Origin: an uncultured Acidobacteriota bacterium
GTDB lineage: Bacteria > Acidobacteriota > Thermoanaerobaculia > Gp7-AA8
Direction: 5' to 3'
Assembly: GCA_963822445.1 (NCBI GenBank)
Contig: CAWGHO010000002.1
Location: 1,664,001-1,728,000, forward strand
DNA: 64,000 nucleotides
A model generated the notes under the pieces. It saw nothing but the letters and a program-made list of their open reading frames with translations. It was not told where the DNA came from and did no database searches. This document shows, one piece after another, positions 28,892 through 37,900 of this stretch. Both the position numbers and the translations under genes were made by a program. How positions within the stretch are numbered: position 1 is the stretch's first letter; each line of letters opens with the position of its first letter.

Positions 28892-30943
28892 GTGCGCCTG
28901 GCGGCCCTGCTCTTCGCGTTTCTGACCCTTTCCGCGTCGGCCGATTTCTTCATCGGCGACACAGACGTCGTGCCGGAGCGTGCCGGTATTCCACCGCGGC
29001 GCATCCTCGTCGCCAGCGACGGCGAGATCTTCTACGTCATCGGCAGGAGCGGCATGAACCGCGTCGACAGCAACGGCCTGATCATCGATCGCGAGCCGTT
29101 CGGCGTTCACGACATGCTCGATCCGGTCTCCGTTGCGTACGGGGACGGGCTGCTGATGATCCTGCACCGGCGGAGCGGGTCGCTGAGCGCGAGCTCGACC
29201 TGGGCGACGGCGATGACCACGACCGGCGATGTGCTGTGGACGAAGTTCGTCGCCAACAGAGGGGCCTCGGTCGTTTACGACGGACGCGATTTCGTCGTGG
29301 TCTACAGCCAGGAACCGGACATCATGGCCGCGACCTTCGATGAGACCGGATCCGTCGCCGGCCCCGTGAGCATCGCCACCTATTCCGAAAGCGGCCGGCC
29401 CGGCACCCCACGGGCCGTGTCGACCGCGGGTGGATTGATCGCGGTATGGCGGGAAACGGGAACCATGCGCGCGGCGCCGTTCGACGCGAACGGACCGCGA
29501 GGAGGGGTGGTCACGGTCGGAACCGCATCGCTGTACGGATTCGGCAGTGAATGGGACGACAGCTTCGCCGTCGCCTCGAGTGGTGCCGACGCCCTCGTGA
29601 CCTGGATCAATCGCTACGATCCGCCGCAGCGTTCGGGGCTTTCAGCACAGCGAATCAGCGCGACGGGGACGCCACTGGGCGACCTGATCGAAGTCCCCGC
29701 TTCGGAGCGCTCGTACGATCCTGACGCGGTCTGGGATGGCGCGAACTATCACGTCGCCTGGATCACGGCGTCGCCGGATTTCCAGGAAACGCATCTCGCT
29801 GTAACGAAACTTGGCGAGAGCGAAGGGGCCACTTCCACTGCAGTGCTGCCGGGCAGCGGCGCGAACACTCCGGCGGTGGCTGTCACCTCGGACGACGTTC
29901 TCCTCGTCGCGTGGACCGACTTCTGGCGCGGCGGCGTTCGCGGACGAATGCTGTCACCGGATCTGACGTGGGAGATGACTGCGGAGCGGCTCCTTCGCAC
30001 TGTGCCGTTCCACGCCACCGCGCCGGCCGTCGTCTGGACCGGCCAGCAGTACGTCACGGCCTGGTTGCGGTCCGGCGCGATCGCGTTCCGCCGTTTCACG
30101 CGCGACGGCGTTGCGCTCGATGCCGAAGCGCGGGTGCTCGTCCCATTCGTCAGCCAGCCGAATCTCGTTCGCATCGCGACGACCGGTTCGGAAACGGCCA
30201 TCGTCTGGACGGACCAGGAGCAGGTTTTCGTGACCCGCATCGACGCGGATGGCGCTTTGGTCGATCCGGAGCCGATCCTCGTCGGGACCGGCGCGAATCC
30301 CGACAGCGCCGACGTCGCGTCGGATGGCCGCCGTTTCATGATCGTCTGGGCCGGCGAAGAGACGGTGCATGCGCGGCGTCTCTCGTCCGGCGGCGGATTC
30401 GTCGATGGCGCGCCGATCCTCGTGGCTGTGGCGGATGCGTCGACGACGCGGATCGCGTTCGACGGCTCGAGGTTCATCGTCGGCTTCCTGGCCGACGGCA
30501 GTCTCCTGGCAACCTCGCTCTCTCCTTTCGGTGCCGTGGAAGACTCGGTCTTCCTCGCGGAAAACGTGGGCGCCGAGCTCGCGGTTGCGTCGAACGGGTC
30601 GAGCCATCTCTTCACCAGCGGCAGCATCTTCGTACTTACCGGCGCTGGCCTGACGAACGCACGGGTCATCGAAGGGCCGTCCTGGGTGAGTCATCCGGAC
30701 GCCATCTGGACAGGAAGCCGCTTTCTCCTCGCCGGAAACGGAGTCCTGGTCTGGGTCTCGCCGGACGGCGAGCTTGCTCCGTCGACGACTCCGTTCGTGC
30801 ACAACGATCGCGCGAACGCTCTGGCCACCGCAGGCGACGGGACTGCGCTGCACGTCTACAGTCAGCTGACGCGTTCGTTCCGGGCCGGGTTGTACGGCCG
30901 GATGCTCGCTCCGCGGCGCCGGGCGGCGGCGCACCCGGAATAG
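28892..30943 (+). CDS. Secreted repeat protein (probable double beta-propeller) with an Arg-rich C-terminal tail
   Basis: Signal peptide from GTG 28892; about 13 repeats such as AVWDGANYHVAW and VASDGRRFMIVW; ends APRRRAAAHPE. Confidence 0.75.
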   Translation: MRLAALLFAFLTLSASADFFIGDTDVVPERAGIPPRRILVASDGEIFYVIGRSGMNRVDSNGLIIDREPFGVHDMLDPVSVAYGDGLLMILHRRSGSLSASSTWATAMTTTGDVLWTKFVANRGASVVYDGRDFVVVYSQEPDIMAATFDETGSVAGPVSIATYSESGRPGTPRAVSTAGGLIAVWRETGTMRAAPFDANGPRGGVVTVGTASLYGFGSEWDDSFAVASSGADALVTWINRYDPPQRSGLSAQRISATGTPLGDLIEVPASERSYDPDAVWDGANYHVAWITASPDFQETHLAVTKLGESEGATSTAVLPGSGANTPAVAVTSDDVLLVAWTDFWRGGVRGRMLSPDLTWEMTAERLLRTVPFHATAPAVVWTGQQYVTAWLRSGAIAFRRFTRDGVALDAEARVLVPFVSQPNLVRIATTGSETAIVWTDQEQVFVTRIDADGALVDPEPILVGTGANPDSADVASDGRRFMIVWAGEETVHARRLSSGGGFVDGAPILVAVADASTTRIAFDGSRFIVGFLADGSLLATSLSPFGAVEDSVFLAENVGAELAVASNGSSHLFTSGSIFVLTGAGLTNARVIEGPSWVSHPDAIWTGSRFLLAGNGVLVWVSPDGELAPSTTPFVHNDRANALATAGDGTALHVYSQLTRSFRAGLYGRMLAPRRRAAAHPE

Positions 30944-31005
30944 CACCCGGGTCAGGGGCGTTGGTGGCGACTCAACCGCAGTATTTGCCAGGGGAGAAGA
31001 CTCTG

Positions 31006-31164
31006 ATGCCCGAGAAGAAAGCCCACGAGTTGCTGCGCAAGCACAACATCAACCTCGACGACGTGAAGGAGCGCCGCACGTCGCTGCACCACCTCCGCCA
31101 CATCGTCCACTCCGAGCAGCTTCCGTTCGACGTCTTCAAGGCGCTCGTCAAACTGCGCCACTAG
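31006..31164 (+). CDS. Small basic His-rich protein (52 aa)
   Basis: GGGGAG SD, ATG, GC3-rich codons, followed by its own terminator. Confidence 0.65.
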   Translation: MPEKKAHELLRKHNINLDDVKERRTSLHHLRHIVHSEQLPFDVFKALVKLRH

Positions 31165-31188
31165 TCGCCGGAAAATCGCTGTCGAAAC

Positions 31189-31217
31189 AAGGCCGGGGCA
31201 ACCCGGCCTTTCGTTTT
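31189..31217 (+). terminator. Intrinsic terminator
   Basis: AAGGCCGGG-GCAA-CCCGGCCTT-TCGTTTT. Confidence 0.8.
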
Positions 31218-31233
31218 GTACAATGCCGCCCCC

Positions 31234-33306
31234 ATGCCGTTTCGCGATGACGCCGCTACCCTGATCCAGCAAAAAAAATTCGAAGATCTCGAGTCGCTCT
31301 GGATGACCCAGATCGACACCGACCCGAGCGACGTCGACTCCTTCCTCCACATCGCCAAATCGCTTCGCAAAGCGGAACAGCGCACGCAGTCGGATACGCT
31401 GGTAGGCCTCCTCGCCGACGCGCTCAAGGAACGGCAGCTCTGGCATCAGCGGCTGCAGGTCCTCAAAGAGATCGGCCGCCTCTCCAAGCATCCCGCGACA
31501 CTCCGTCCGTCGATCGAAGAAGCGCTGCGCAAGAGCGTCGGCACGCACAAGAGCTTCGCCCGCGCGTTCCAGTTCGCGAATTTCTCCGATCCGCAGAGCA
31601 ACCCCGTCGAGCGCGCCGAGAAGATCGAGACCTGGCTGAACTACGACGAAGGGGAATGCTTCTTCATGACCGGCCGCGGCGCCGGGTGCGTGATCGAGCT
31701 GAATCCGGAGCTCGGCATCTGCCGCCTCGATTTCGAGAAAGACAAGCGCGTCGCCGTTCCGCTGGGCGCCGCGGCGAAGTTCCTCGTCAAACTTCCCGAA
31801 GGCCACATTCTTCTCGACAAGTTCAGTGATGCCGAGGGGCTGAAGGCGCTGGCGAAGAAATCGCCTTCGGAGTTCCTCGCCAAGCTGCTGCAGAGCTTCG
31901 GCCGCCCGATGGTGATGGCCGAAGTGCGCGACGCGGTGATCGGGATCGTCGACGAGGCCAAGTGGAACTCGTGGTGGACGGCCGCGCGGAAGAACCCGCA
32001 GGTCGTCACCAGCGGCAGCGGCGCGAAGGCAACATACGCATTCGCCGGATCGGCAGGCGATGCCGAGACCGTGATCCGCCGCGACTTCGATCGCGCCGAC
32101 GTGAAGACGAAGCTCGAGCTGGCGCGCAAGCACAGCGGGCGCTCGAAGGAACTGGCGGATGCGTTTTCCTCCGCGCTCGCCGCGGAAGCCGGAAAGATAG
32201 CCCGCACCGATTCCGGCACGGCCTGGCAGATCCTGAGCACGCTTGAAACGCTCCCCGGAACCTACACCGCGCCGATCGATCCAGCGTCGCTGATCTCCGG
32301 GCCGATGGCCTCACGCACGATTGCGGCGATCGGCGACAAGAGCCTGCGCGAAAAAGCGCTGGGACAGGTTCGCGAGGTCCATTCGGAATGGCCGAAGGTC
32401 TTCGGCGAAATGTTCTTCCTCGATCAGGAGCCGCGCATCCTCACGTCGATCATGAGCTCACTCGAGGAAGCGGGGCAGACCGAGATCCGCGATCGCCTGA
32501 TCGACGAGACCGTTCGCTATCCGCGCCGCCATCCGCACGCGTTCTACTGGTACGTGAAGCGTCTCAACGACGACGAGAAGCTCTCGCCGCGCGCGAACTA
32601 CACGATGCTCTTCCAGATCCTCGACGCGCTCACGCACGACGAGTTCTCAGGCGTCCGCGCGCGGCTGAAGGACATGTTCGACAAAGGCGGCCTGGCCATC
32701 CGCATCGTGATGAGCCAGGACAATGAGGAACAGGCCCGCAAGCTCGTGGAGACGCTGGAACGCTACGGTGCCCTCGAGGAGTACCGCCGCGACATCATCA
32801 GGCACGCCGCGCTGATGAAGTATCCGACGCTGCGCGAGCCGCAGGCGGAGCCGGTGTACGCGACTGCGGATTCGCTGGAGAAGAAACGCGCCGAGCTGGA
32901 GAATCTGAAAAAGGTTGAGATTCCGGCGAACTCGAAGGCGCTGCAGGCCGCGCGGGAGATGGGCGATCTGCGCGAGAACTTCGAATACAAGGCGGCGCGC
33001 CAGCGAGCCGAATACCTCTCGGCGCGCGTCGGCGAGCTCGCATCGGAGATCTCCCGCGTGGCCGTCCTCGATCCGACGAAAGTCGACACGAACGCGGTCC
33101 ACGTCGGCACGAAGATCGATCTCTCCAACGGAGACGAGCACCGCACCGTCACCATCCTCGGCCCGTGGGAATCGGATCCCGAGCACGGCGTCTACTCCAA
33201 TCAGTCCGACGTGGCCAAGAAGCTCATCGGGCACACCGCCGGCGAGATCATCTCGTTCATGGGCAACGACTACATGATCGAGTCCATCCGCCGCTGGAAC
33301 GAGTAG
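31234..33306 (+). CDS. greA: Transcription elongation factor GreA with a ~540-aa N-terminal extension
   Basis: C-terminal AREMGDLRENFEYKAAR and ILGPWESDP...YSNQS GreA motifs. Confidence 0.88.
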   Translation: MPFRDDAATLIQQKKFEDLESLWMTQIDTDPSDVDSFLHIAKSLRKAEQRTQSDTLVGLLADALKERQLWHQRLQVLKEIGRLSKHPATLRPSIEEALRKSVGTHKSFARAFQFANFSDPQSNPVERAEKIETWLNYDEGECFFMTGRGAGCVIELNPELGICRLDFEKDKRVAVPLGAAAKFLVKLPEGHILLDKFSDAEGLKALAKKSPSEFLAKLLQSFGRPMVMAEVRDAVIGIVDEAKWNSWWTAARKNPQVVTSGSGAKATYAFAGSAGDAETVIRRDFDRADVKTKLELARKHSGRSKELADAFSSALAAEAGKIARTDSGTAWQILSTLETLPGTYTAPIDPASLISGPMASRTIAAIGDKSLREKALGQVREVHSEWPKVFGEMFFLDQEPRILTSIMSSLEEAGQTEIRDRLIDETVRYPRRHPHAFYWYVKRLNDDEKLSPRANYTMLFQILDALTHDEFSGVRARLKDMFDKGGLAIRIVMSQDNEEQARKLVETLERYGALEEYRRDIIRHAALMKYPTLREPQAEPVYATADSLEKKRAELENLKKVEIPANSKALQAAREMGDLRENFEYKAARQRAEYLSARVGELASEISRVAVLDPTKVDTNAVHVGTKIDLSNGDEHRTVTILGPWESDPEHGVYSNQSDVAKKLIGHTAGEIISFMGNDYMIESIRRWNE

Positions 33307-33369
33307 GCCGGCACGGCCGGCTGCGCTGATTGCTGCGCTGATGCACGTGCGGCTGCCGGTAGGGGCGAA

Positions 33370-33744
33370 TTAGGCGGGGGCCAGGGCGCGCATTTTCCAG
33401 CGCAGGGCGAGGACGATTCCGGCGACCACGAGTGACACGATGGCCGCGACCGAGTGCTGCATCCGCCCGTGCATGGCAAACATGCCGATCGCGCCGATCA
33501 TCACCGAGATGATCGCCGCGGCGCCGTAGGGAGCGGTTCGCGGCGTTAGCAGCAGCAGGGCCGCGCCAGTCTCCACCGCGCCGATGACGATGCGGAACCA
33601 GACCGGCAGCCCCCAGTTGCGGAATGCCCACGACCAGCCGCCGTCCTCGAAGAACTTGCGGATTCCGGCGTTGAGGAACATCGCGCACAGCATCAGGGTC
33701 AGGATCCAGGTGGTGGTCTCGCGAAGGATGTGTTTTTTGTTCAT
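33370..33744 (-). CDS. DoxX-like membrane protein
   Basis: Four hydrophobic helices; AGIRKF, FRNWGLPVWFRIVIGAVE. Confidence 0.8.
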   Translation of the reverse strand: MNKKHILRETTTWILTLMLCAMFLNAGIRKFFEDGGWSWAFRNWGLPVWFRIVIGAVETGAALLLLTPRTAPYGAAAIISVMIGAIGMFAMHGRMQHSVAAIVSLVVAGIVLALRWKMRALAPA

Positions 33745-33813
33745 GCGGGCGATTGAACGCCCGGTGTCCGGATCGCGCGAGACTTGCGTGACGAGTGGGA
33801 GCGCGCTGGGGAC

Positions 33814-33912
33814 GAAGCGGAAGCTCTGGACTGCGGCGGCAGAGCCGCCGCTCTTGTTGCGCACCGAAGTGAGAGCGGCAGCTAGCGCTACCGCAGTCCA
33901 GAGCTTCGCTTC
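33814..33912. repeat. REP-doublet (REPIN-like) element, family A copy 1
   Basis: Terminal IR GAAGC(G)GAAGCTCTGGACTGCGG; shares a 19-mer with 41000-41018. Confidence 0.8.
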
Positions 33913-34604
33913 CGGAGCGCGCCAGCGTAGTTCCGACTCACCACCAACCTCGTTCCATCCGCCAGGACGACGTCACTCCCCACGACCTCACGCACCCTCG
34001 CGACATTCACGATCGTCGATCGGTGAATCCGCGCGAATTGCGCCGGGTCGAGCCGCTCCGCGAAGGACTTGATCGTGCCGCGCACGAGATGCTTCTTCGC
34101 GCCGGTGTGCAGGTAGACGTAGTTCTCCGCGGCCTCGATCCAGTCGACTTCGCTCGCGTCGAGAAAGACGATCCGTCCCGGCTCGCGCACGACCAGCCGG
34201 GTCAGCGGCGCGCGTCCTTCGATGTGATCGCGGGTTCTGCCGACGATCTTCACGGCGCGATCGATCGCGGCGTTCAGCCTTTCCTCATCGAACGGCTTGA
34301 GCAGGTAATCGAGCGCGTGCACCTCGAACGCGCGGAGAGCATGCTCGGAGTACGCCGTCGTGAAGATCACGAACGGCACTTCGTCATCATCGAAAGCGGC
34401 GAGGATGTCGAAGCCGGTGCGGGAGGGAACCTGGATGTCGAGCAGGAGCAACTCCGGCCGCGCGCCGGCAATCAGTTGCACCGCCTCGTCGCCATCGGCC
34501 GCGCTGCCGACGATCTCGACGTCCTCGCGGCGCCCCAGCAGCCGCACCAGCCGGGCGCGCGCCAGCCGCTCGTCTTCAACGATGATTGTGCGGATCGGAT
34601 CCAT
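33888..34604 (-). CDS. LytTR-family response regulator
   Basis: EDERLAR, LLDIQ, FTTAY, DYLLKPF; FARIHRSTIVN, VSR. Confidence 0.95.
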   Translation of the reverse strand: MDPIRTIIVEDERLARARLVRLLGRREDVEIVGSAADGDEAVQLIAGARPELLLLDIQVPSRTGFDILAAFDDDEVPFVIFTTAYSEHALRAFEVHALDYLLKPFDEERLNAAIDRAVKIVGRTRDHIEGRAPLTRLVVREPGRIVFLDASEVDWIEAAENYVYLHTGAKKHLVRGTIKSFAERLDPAQFARIHRSTIVNVARVREVVGSDVVLADGTRLVVSRNYAGALRKRSSGLR

Positions 34605-35595
34605 GAGCTTTCAGAGGAAGTGCGATGCGCACGAGCGCGCCGCCGCCGTTCGCGGCCTCGAGCTGCATCGATTGCGCATGGCCGTAGAGATGCTGCAGGC
34701 GATCGCGCACGTTCGCCAGCCCCACGCCGCTCGGCGGCGCATCGCCGAAGCCAGGGCCGTCATCGGAGACCTCCAGCGACAGTTCGCCATCGTGTTCGCG
34801 TGCGCGAATCTCGATCCGCCCGCCATCGCGACGGCCGGCAACCGCGTGGCGCACCGCGTTCTCGACGAGCGGCTGCAGCAGAAACATCGGCACGGATCGA
34901 TCGAGCGAGCGTGGCTCGACGTCGGTCGTGAAGCGGAGCCGGTCGCCGAGGCGCATGCGCTGGATTTCGACGTAGCGGTCGAGGAGGGCCAGCTCGTCGC
35001 GCAGCGAGATCTCCTGTTTGCCGCCGGTCTCCATGGTGGCCCGAAGCAGCTCGCTCAGGCGGGTGATCATTCTGTCGGCGGCATCGACGTCCTCGTGCAT
35101 CAGCTCCGCGATTCCATGCAGGGTGTTGAAGAGAAAGTGCGGCTGGATCTGCGTGCGCAGCAGATCGAGGCGCGTTTCGGCAAGGCTGGCCTCGAGTTTC
35201 GAAGAGCGGATGTTCGCGTCGATGGCCCAGGTCACGCCGACGATCAGCCAGTACGCGGCGAGGTTCACCGGGATGTTGACCAGCATGGAGATCGAGCGCT
35301 GCGATGTGCCGAAGGCGCGCAGGATCTCGCTCACCGCCACGATCTTGATCGCGGTCAGAATGATCGAGAGCACGGTGTGCGTCGCAAGCCCGCGCGCGTT
35401 CGGCCGGAAGCGCCGCGCGAGCCAGGCCACGAGCGGATAAAGCAGCAGCCACGCGTACCAGCCGGTGAAGGCGAGGATGAGCGCGCCGCGAGCCGTGACG
35501 CGATGTCCGGTGTACGCGGAGTCGACCGCGAGCTGGCCGGCAAAGAGCACGGCCACGACCGTCCAGAGGACGAACGCGATCGCGAATCGACGCAT
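34576..35595 (-). CDS. LytS/YehU-family membrane histidine kinase
   Basis: TM N-terminus; QIQPHFLFNTLH, LQPLVENAVRH, DDGPG, GVGLANVRDRL. Confidence 0.93.
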   Translation of the reverse strand: MRRFAIAFVLWTVVAVLFAGQLAVDSAYTGHRVTARGALILAFTGWYAWLLLYPLVAWLARRFRPNARGLATHTVLSIILTAIKIVAVSEILRAFGTSQRSISMLVNIPVNLAAYWLIVGVTWAIDANIRSSKLEASLAETRLDLLRTQIQPHFLFNTLHGIAELMHEDVDAADRMITRLSELLRATMETGGKQEISLRDELALLDRYVEIQRMRLGDRLRFTTDVEPRSLDRSVPMFLLQPLVENAVRHAVAGRRDGGRIEIRAREHDGELSLEVSDDGPGFGDAPPSGVGLANVRDRLQHLYGHAQSMQLEAANGGGALVRIALPLKAHGSDPHNHR

Positions 35596-35657
35596 GATGA
35601 ATCGAGCACTATAGACGTACAATTCACCGACTTCGTGGTCCGGAGGAACCGTCCAAG

Positions 35658-35924
35658 ATGACGTACGTGATTGCCGAGCCCTGCGTTAACACCAAAGACA
35701 CTGCCTGCGTCGACGTCTGTCCGGTCGACTGCATTCATCCACGCAAAGACGAGTCGAACTTCGAAGAGTTCACCATGCTCTACATCGATCCGGACGTCTG
35801 CATCGACTGCGGCGCGTGCGAGCCGGCCTGCCCCGTTCAGGCGATTTTTCCGGCTGACCTCGTTCCGGAGCAGTGGAAGCACTACACCGAGATCAACGCC
35901 GACTGGTACAAATCCAGGGCGTGA
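35658..35924 (+). CDS. Dicluster ferredoxin (FdxA-like)
   Basis: [21 protein letters not shown]; [12 protein letters not shown]; GGAGG SD. Confidence 0.95.
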   Translation: MTYVIAEPCVNTKDTACVDVCPVDCIHPRKDESNFEEFTMLYIDPDVCIDCGACEPACPVQAIFPADLVPEQWKHYTEINADWYKSRA

Positions 35925-35944
35925 CGCCCGTCACGGCACTTTTT

Positions 35945-35986
35945 TGTGATCCAGCTCACCAAGGGACCCTTCTTGTGGTGTAGACT
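35945..35986 (+). promoter_or_regulatory. CRP/FNR-family box at about -41 of a sigma70 -10 element
   Basis: TGTGA-TCCAGC-TCACC at 35945-35960; TAGACT at 35981-35986. Confidence 0.6.
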
Positions 35987-35991
35987 GCGCG

Positions 35992-36046
35992 AGTTCTAGC
36001 TGCGCCGGCAACGGCAACAAAGGGGCGTAACGCCCCTTTTTCTTTT
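35992..36046 (+). ncRNA. Candidate small RNA (~55 nt)
   Basis: Promoter, GCCG-GCAA-CGGC hairpin and terminator, with no ORF. Confidence 0.45.
36019..36046 (+). terminator. Intrinsic terminator (bidirectional)
   Basis: AAAGGGGCG-TAA-CGCCCCTTT-TTCTTTT. Confidence 0.88.
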
Positions 36047-36050
36047 GTAC

Positions 36051-36215
36051 GAAGTTCTTTGAAACGTTGATCGAGACCCTTCAGTTTCGCGCCCACCTCG
36101 GACCCAACCACGGTGAGCGGGCGAATGGGCGTGCCTCCGTGGAAATTGCTGAAGCTACCTCTCTCTCTCTGCAACGCGAGCCGGAGGGTCTCGACCAACG
36201 TCTCAAAGTCACTTC
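36051..36215. repeat. Long imperfect inverted repeat (structured RNA or MITE candidate)
   Basis: CTTTGAAACGTTGATCGAGACCCT (36057-36080) pairs with AGGGTCTCGACCAACGTCTCAAAG (36185-36208) and extends imperfectly on both sides. Confidence 0.75.
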
Positions 36216-36314
36216 CCCTTCAACATCCCGAAGCCGGCACGGCCGGCAGCGCTTGTTGCCCAAGGCTTGCGCACGAGCGTCGCAAGACCTCACCTCCCCT
36301 TCAACATCCCGAAG
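36209..36314. repeat. 25-bp direct repeat duplicating the 3' end of the YjgR-like gene
   Basis: TCACTTCCCCTTCAACATCCCGAAG (36209-36233) vs TCACCTCCCCTTCAACATCCCGAAG (36290-36314); 24/25 identical. Confidence 0.9.
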
Positions 36315-37876
36315 ATTCCCCTCACGATCGACTGCGTAACCGTGCGTGTGGCCTGACGCGCGACGTTCTGCGCCATCCGGCTCTCCAGCGCCGTCTCGAT
36401 CATCCCTTTCGGCTCACGTGGCGGACGCACCGCACGCGGCCGTGACGCGCGCGACGATTTTCGCGAGCCGCTCTTCCGCCATTCGAAGTCGTCGGCCTCT
36501 TCCTTCCAGCCGAACTCGTCCTTCTCCTGCTCCGCACTGTCGTCGAGCTTCTTCTGCAGGATCTCGTGCGCGCTCTCGCGATTGATCGCCGTCGCGTATT
36601 TCGGCGCGATCGGCGACGAGGCGATGATCCGCTGATACTGCGCATCGTCGACGGTCGACATGTGCGACGACGGCGCGAGGATCTGGCCGGTCGCTACCGC
36701 GGTGGGGATGCCTTTCGGATTCAGCACGGTCACCAGGGCCTCGCCGGTTCCGAGGGAAGTCAGCGAATGGGCGACGTCGACCAGCTCGCTCGGCGGGAAC
36801 GTCGACGCGGTGGCCTTGATGTTTTTCGCGTCCTTGGCAGTGAACGCGCGAATGGCGTGCTGCACACGGTTGCCGAGCTGCGCCAGGACATCCTCGGCGA
36901 CATCTTTCGGGGTCTGGGTGATGAAGAAGACGCCGATTCCTTTCGAGCGGATCAGCCGCGCCACCTGCTCGATGTGCTCCACGAGCGCGGATGACGCGTC
37001 AGCGAACAGCTGGTGCGCTTCGTCGAAGAAAAACACTAGCCTCGGCTTGTCCGGATCGCCCACCTCGGGCATGCGGTAGTAGAACTGGCCGAGGAGCCAC
37101 ATCAGGAAGGTCGAGTAGAGACGTGGTTTGTCCTGCACGTCGGCGAGGGAAAGGATGTTCACCACGCCCTTGCCGTCGACGACGCGCATCAGGTCGTTGA
37201 TGTCGAGCTCCGGCTCGCCGAAAAACTTCGCGGCGCCCTGCTGTTCGAGCTCGACCATCTTTCGCACGAGCACGCCCACGGTCGCCGTCGACATGCCTCC
37301 GTATTCTTTCAGGTCGGCCTTGCCCTCGCCGGAAAGGTACGTGAGCACTCCTTTCAGATCCTCGAAGTCGAGGAGCGGCATGCGCCGGTCATCGCAGTAT
37401 TTGAAAACCATCGCCAGCACGCTCTGCTGGACATCGGTGAGATCGAGCACCTTGCCGAGGAGGATCGGACCGAACGAGGAGACCGTGGCGCGAAGCTGAA
37501 TGCCGCGATTCCCGGTAAGGCTGAAGAATTCGGTGGGAAACGCTTCCGGCACATGGGTGCGGCCCACTCCCGCCGCGCGCGCGTTGAGGAAGTCGTTGGA
37601 CTCGCCGGGCAGAGACATGCCGGCGAGATCACCCTTCACGTCGGCGAGAAACACCGGCACGCCGTTTCGCGACAGCTGTTCCGCGAGCAGCTGCAGCGTG
37701 CGCGTTTTTCCGGTGCCGGTCGATCCGGCGATCATGCCGTGCCGATTCATCATCCGCAGCGGAATGCGCAGCGGGAGATCGCTGGCCGGCGTGCCGTCGC
37801 GGAGGACGTGTCCCACTTCGATGTGAGGGCCGGGGAAGCCGTAGGCAGAGCGGAAGGTCTCGTCGAAAGTAGTCAT
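36290..37876 (-). CDS. DUF853/YjgR HerA-like ATPase
   Basis: NRHGMIAGSTGTGKT, DVKGDLAG, FFDEAH, RLIRSKGIG, QLGNRVQHAIRAF. Start MTTFDE. Confidence 0.92.
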   Translation of the reverse strand: MTTFDETFRSAYGFPGPHIEVGHVLRDGTPASDLPLRIPLRMMNRHGMIAGSTGTGKTRTLQLLAEQLSRNGVPVFLADVKGDLAGMSLPGESNDFLNARAAGVGRTHVPEAFPTEFFSLTGNRGIQLRATVSSFGPILLGKVLDLTDVQQSVLAMVFKYCDDRRMPLLDFEDLKGVLTYLSGEGKADLKEYGGMSTATVGVLVRKMVELEQQGAAKFFGEPELDINDLMRVVDGKGVVNILSLADVQDKPRLYSTFLMWLLGQFYYRMPEVGDPDKPRLVFFFDEAHQLFADASSALVEHIEQVARLIRSKGIGVFFITQTPKDVAEDVLAQLGNRVQHAIRAFTAKDAKNIKATASTFPPSELVDVAHSLTSLGTGEALVTVLNPKGIPTAVATGQILAPSSHMSTVDDAQYQRIIASSPIAPKYATAINRESAHEILQKKLDDSAEQEKDEFGWKEEADDFEWRKSGSRKSSRASRPRAVRPPREPKGMIETALESRMAQNVARQATRTVTQSIVRGIFGMLKGR

Positions 37877-37900
37877 CGTCGTGGTTTTATCATCCGTTTC

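Noticed and set aside
33320-33342. GCTGCGCTGAT tandem duplication between convergent genes
   Set aside because: Only two short copies; no further structure.
36051-36215. Retron msr-msd or integron attC site
   Set aside because: No reverse transcriptase or integrase in the window; the ends lack the paired RYYYAAC/GTTRRRY boxes.
36209-36314. CRISPR mini-array
   Set aside because: Only two repeats, one is a coding 3' end, the spacer is 56 bp, and there are no cas genes.
35956-36445. Short ORFs 35956-36198, 36067-36339, 36081-36293 and 36113-36445
   Set aside because: Their mutual similarity is produced by the inverted and direct repeats; no SD or codon bias.
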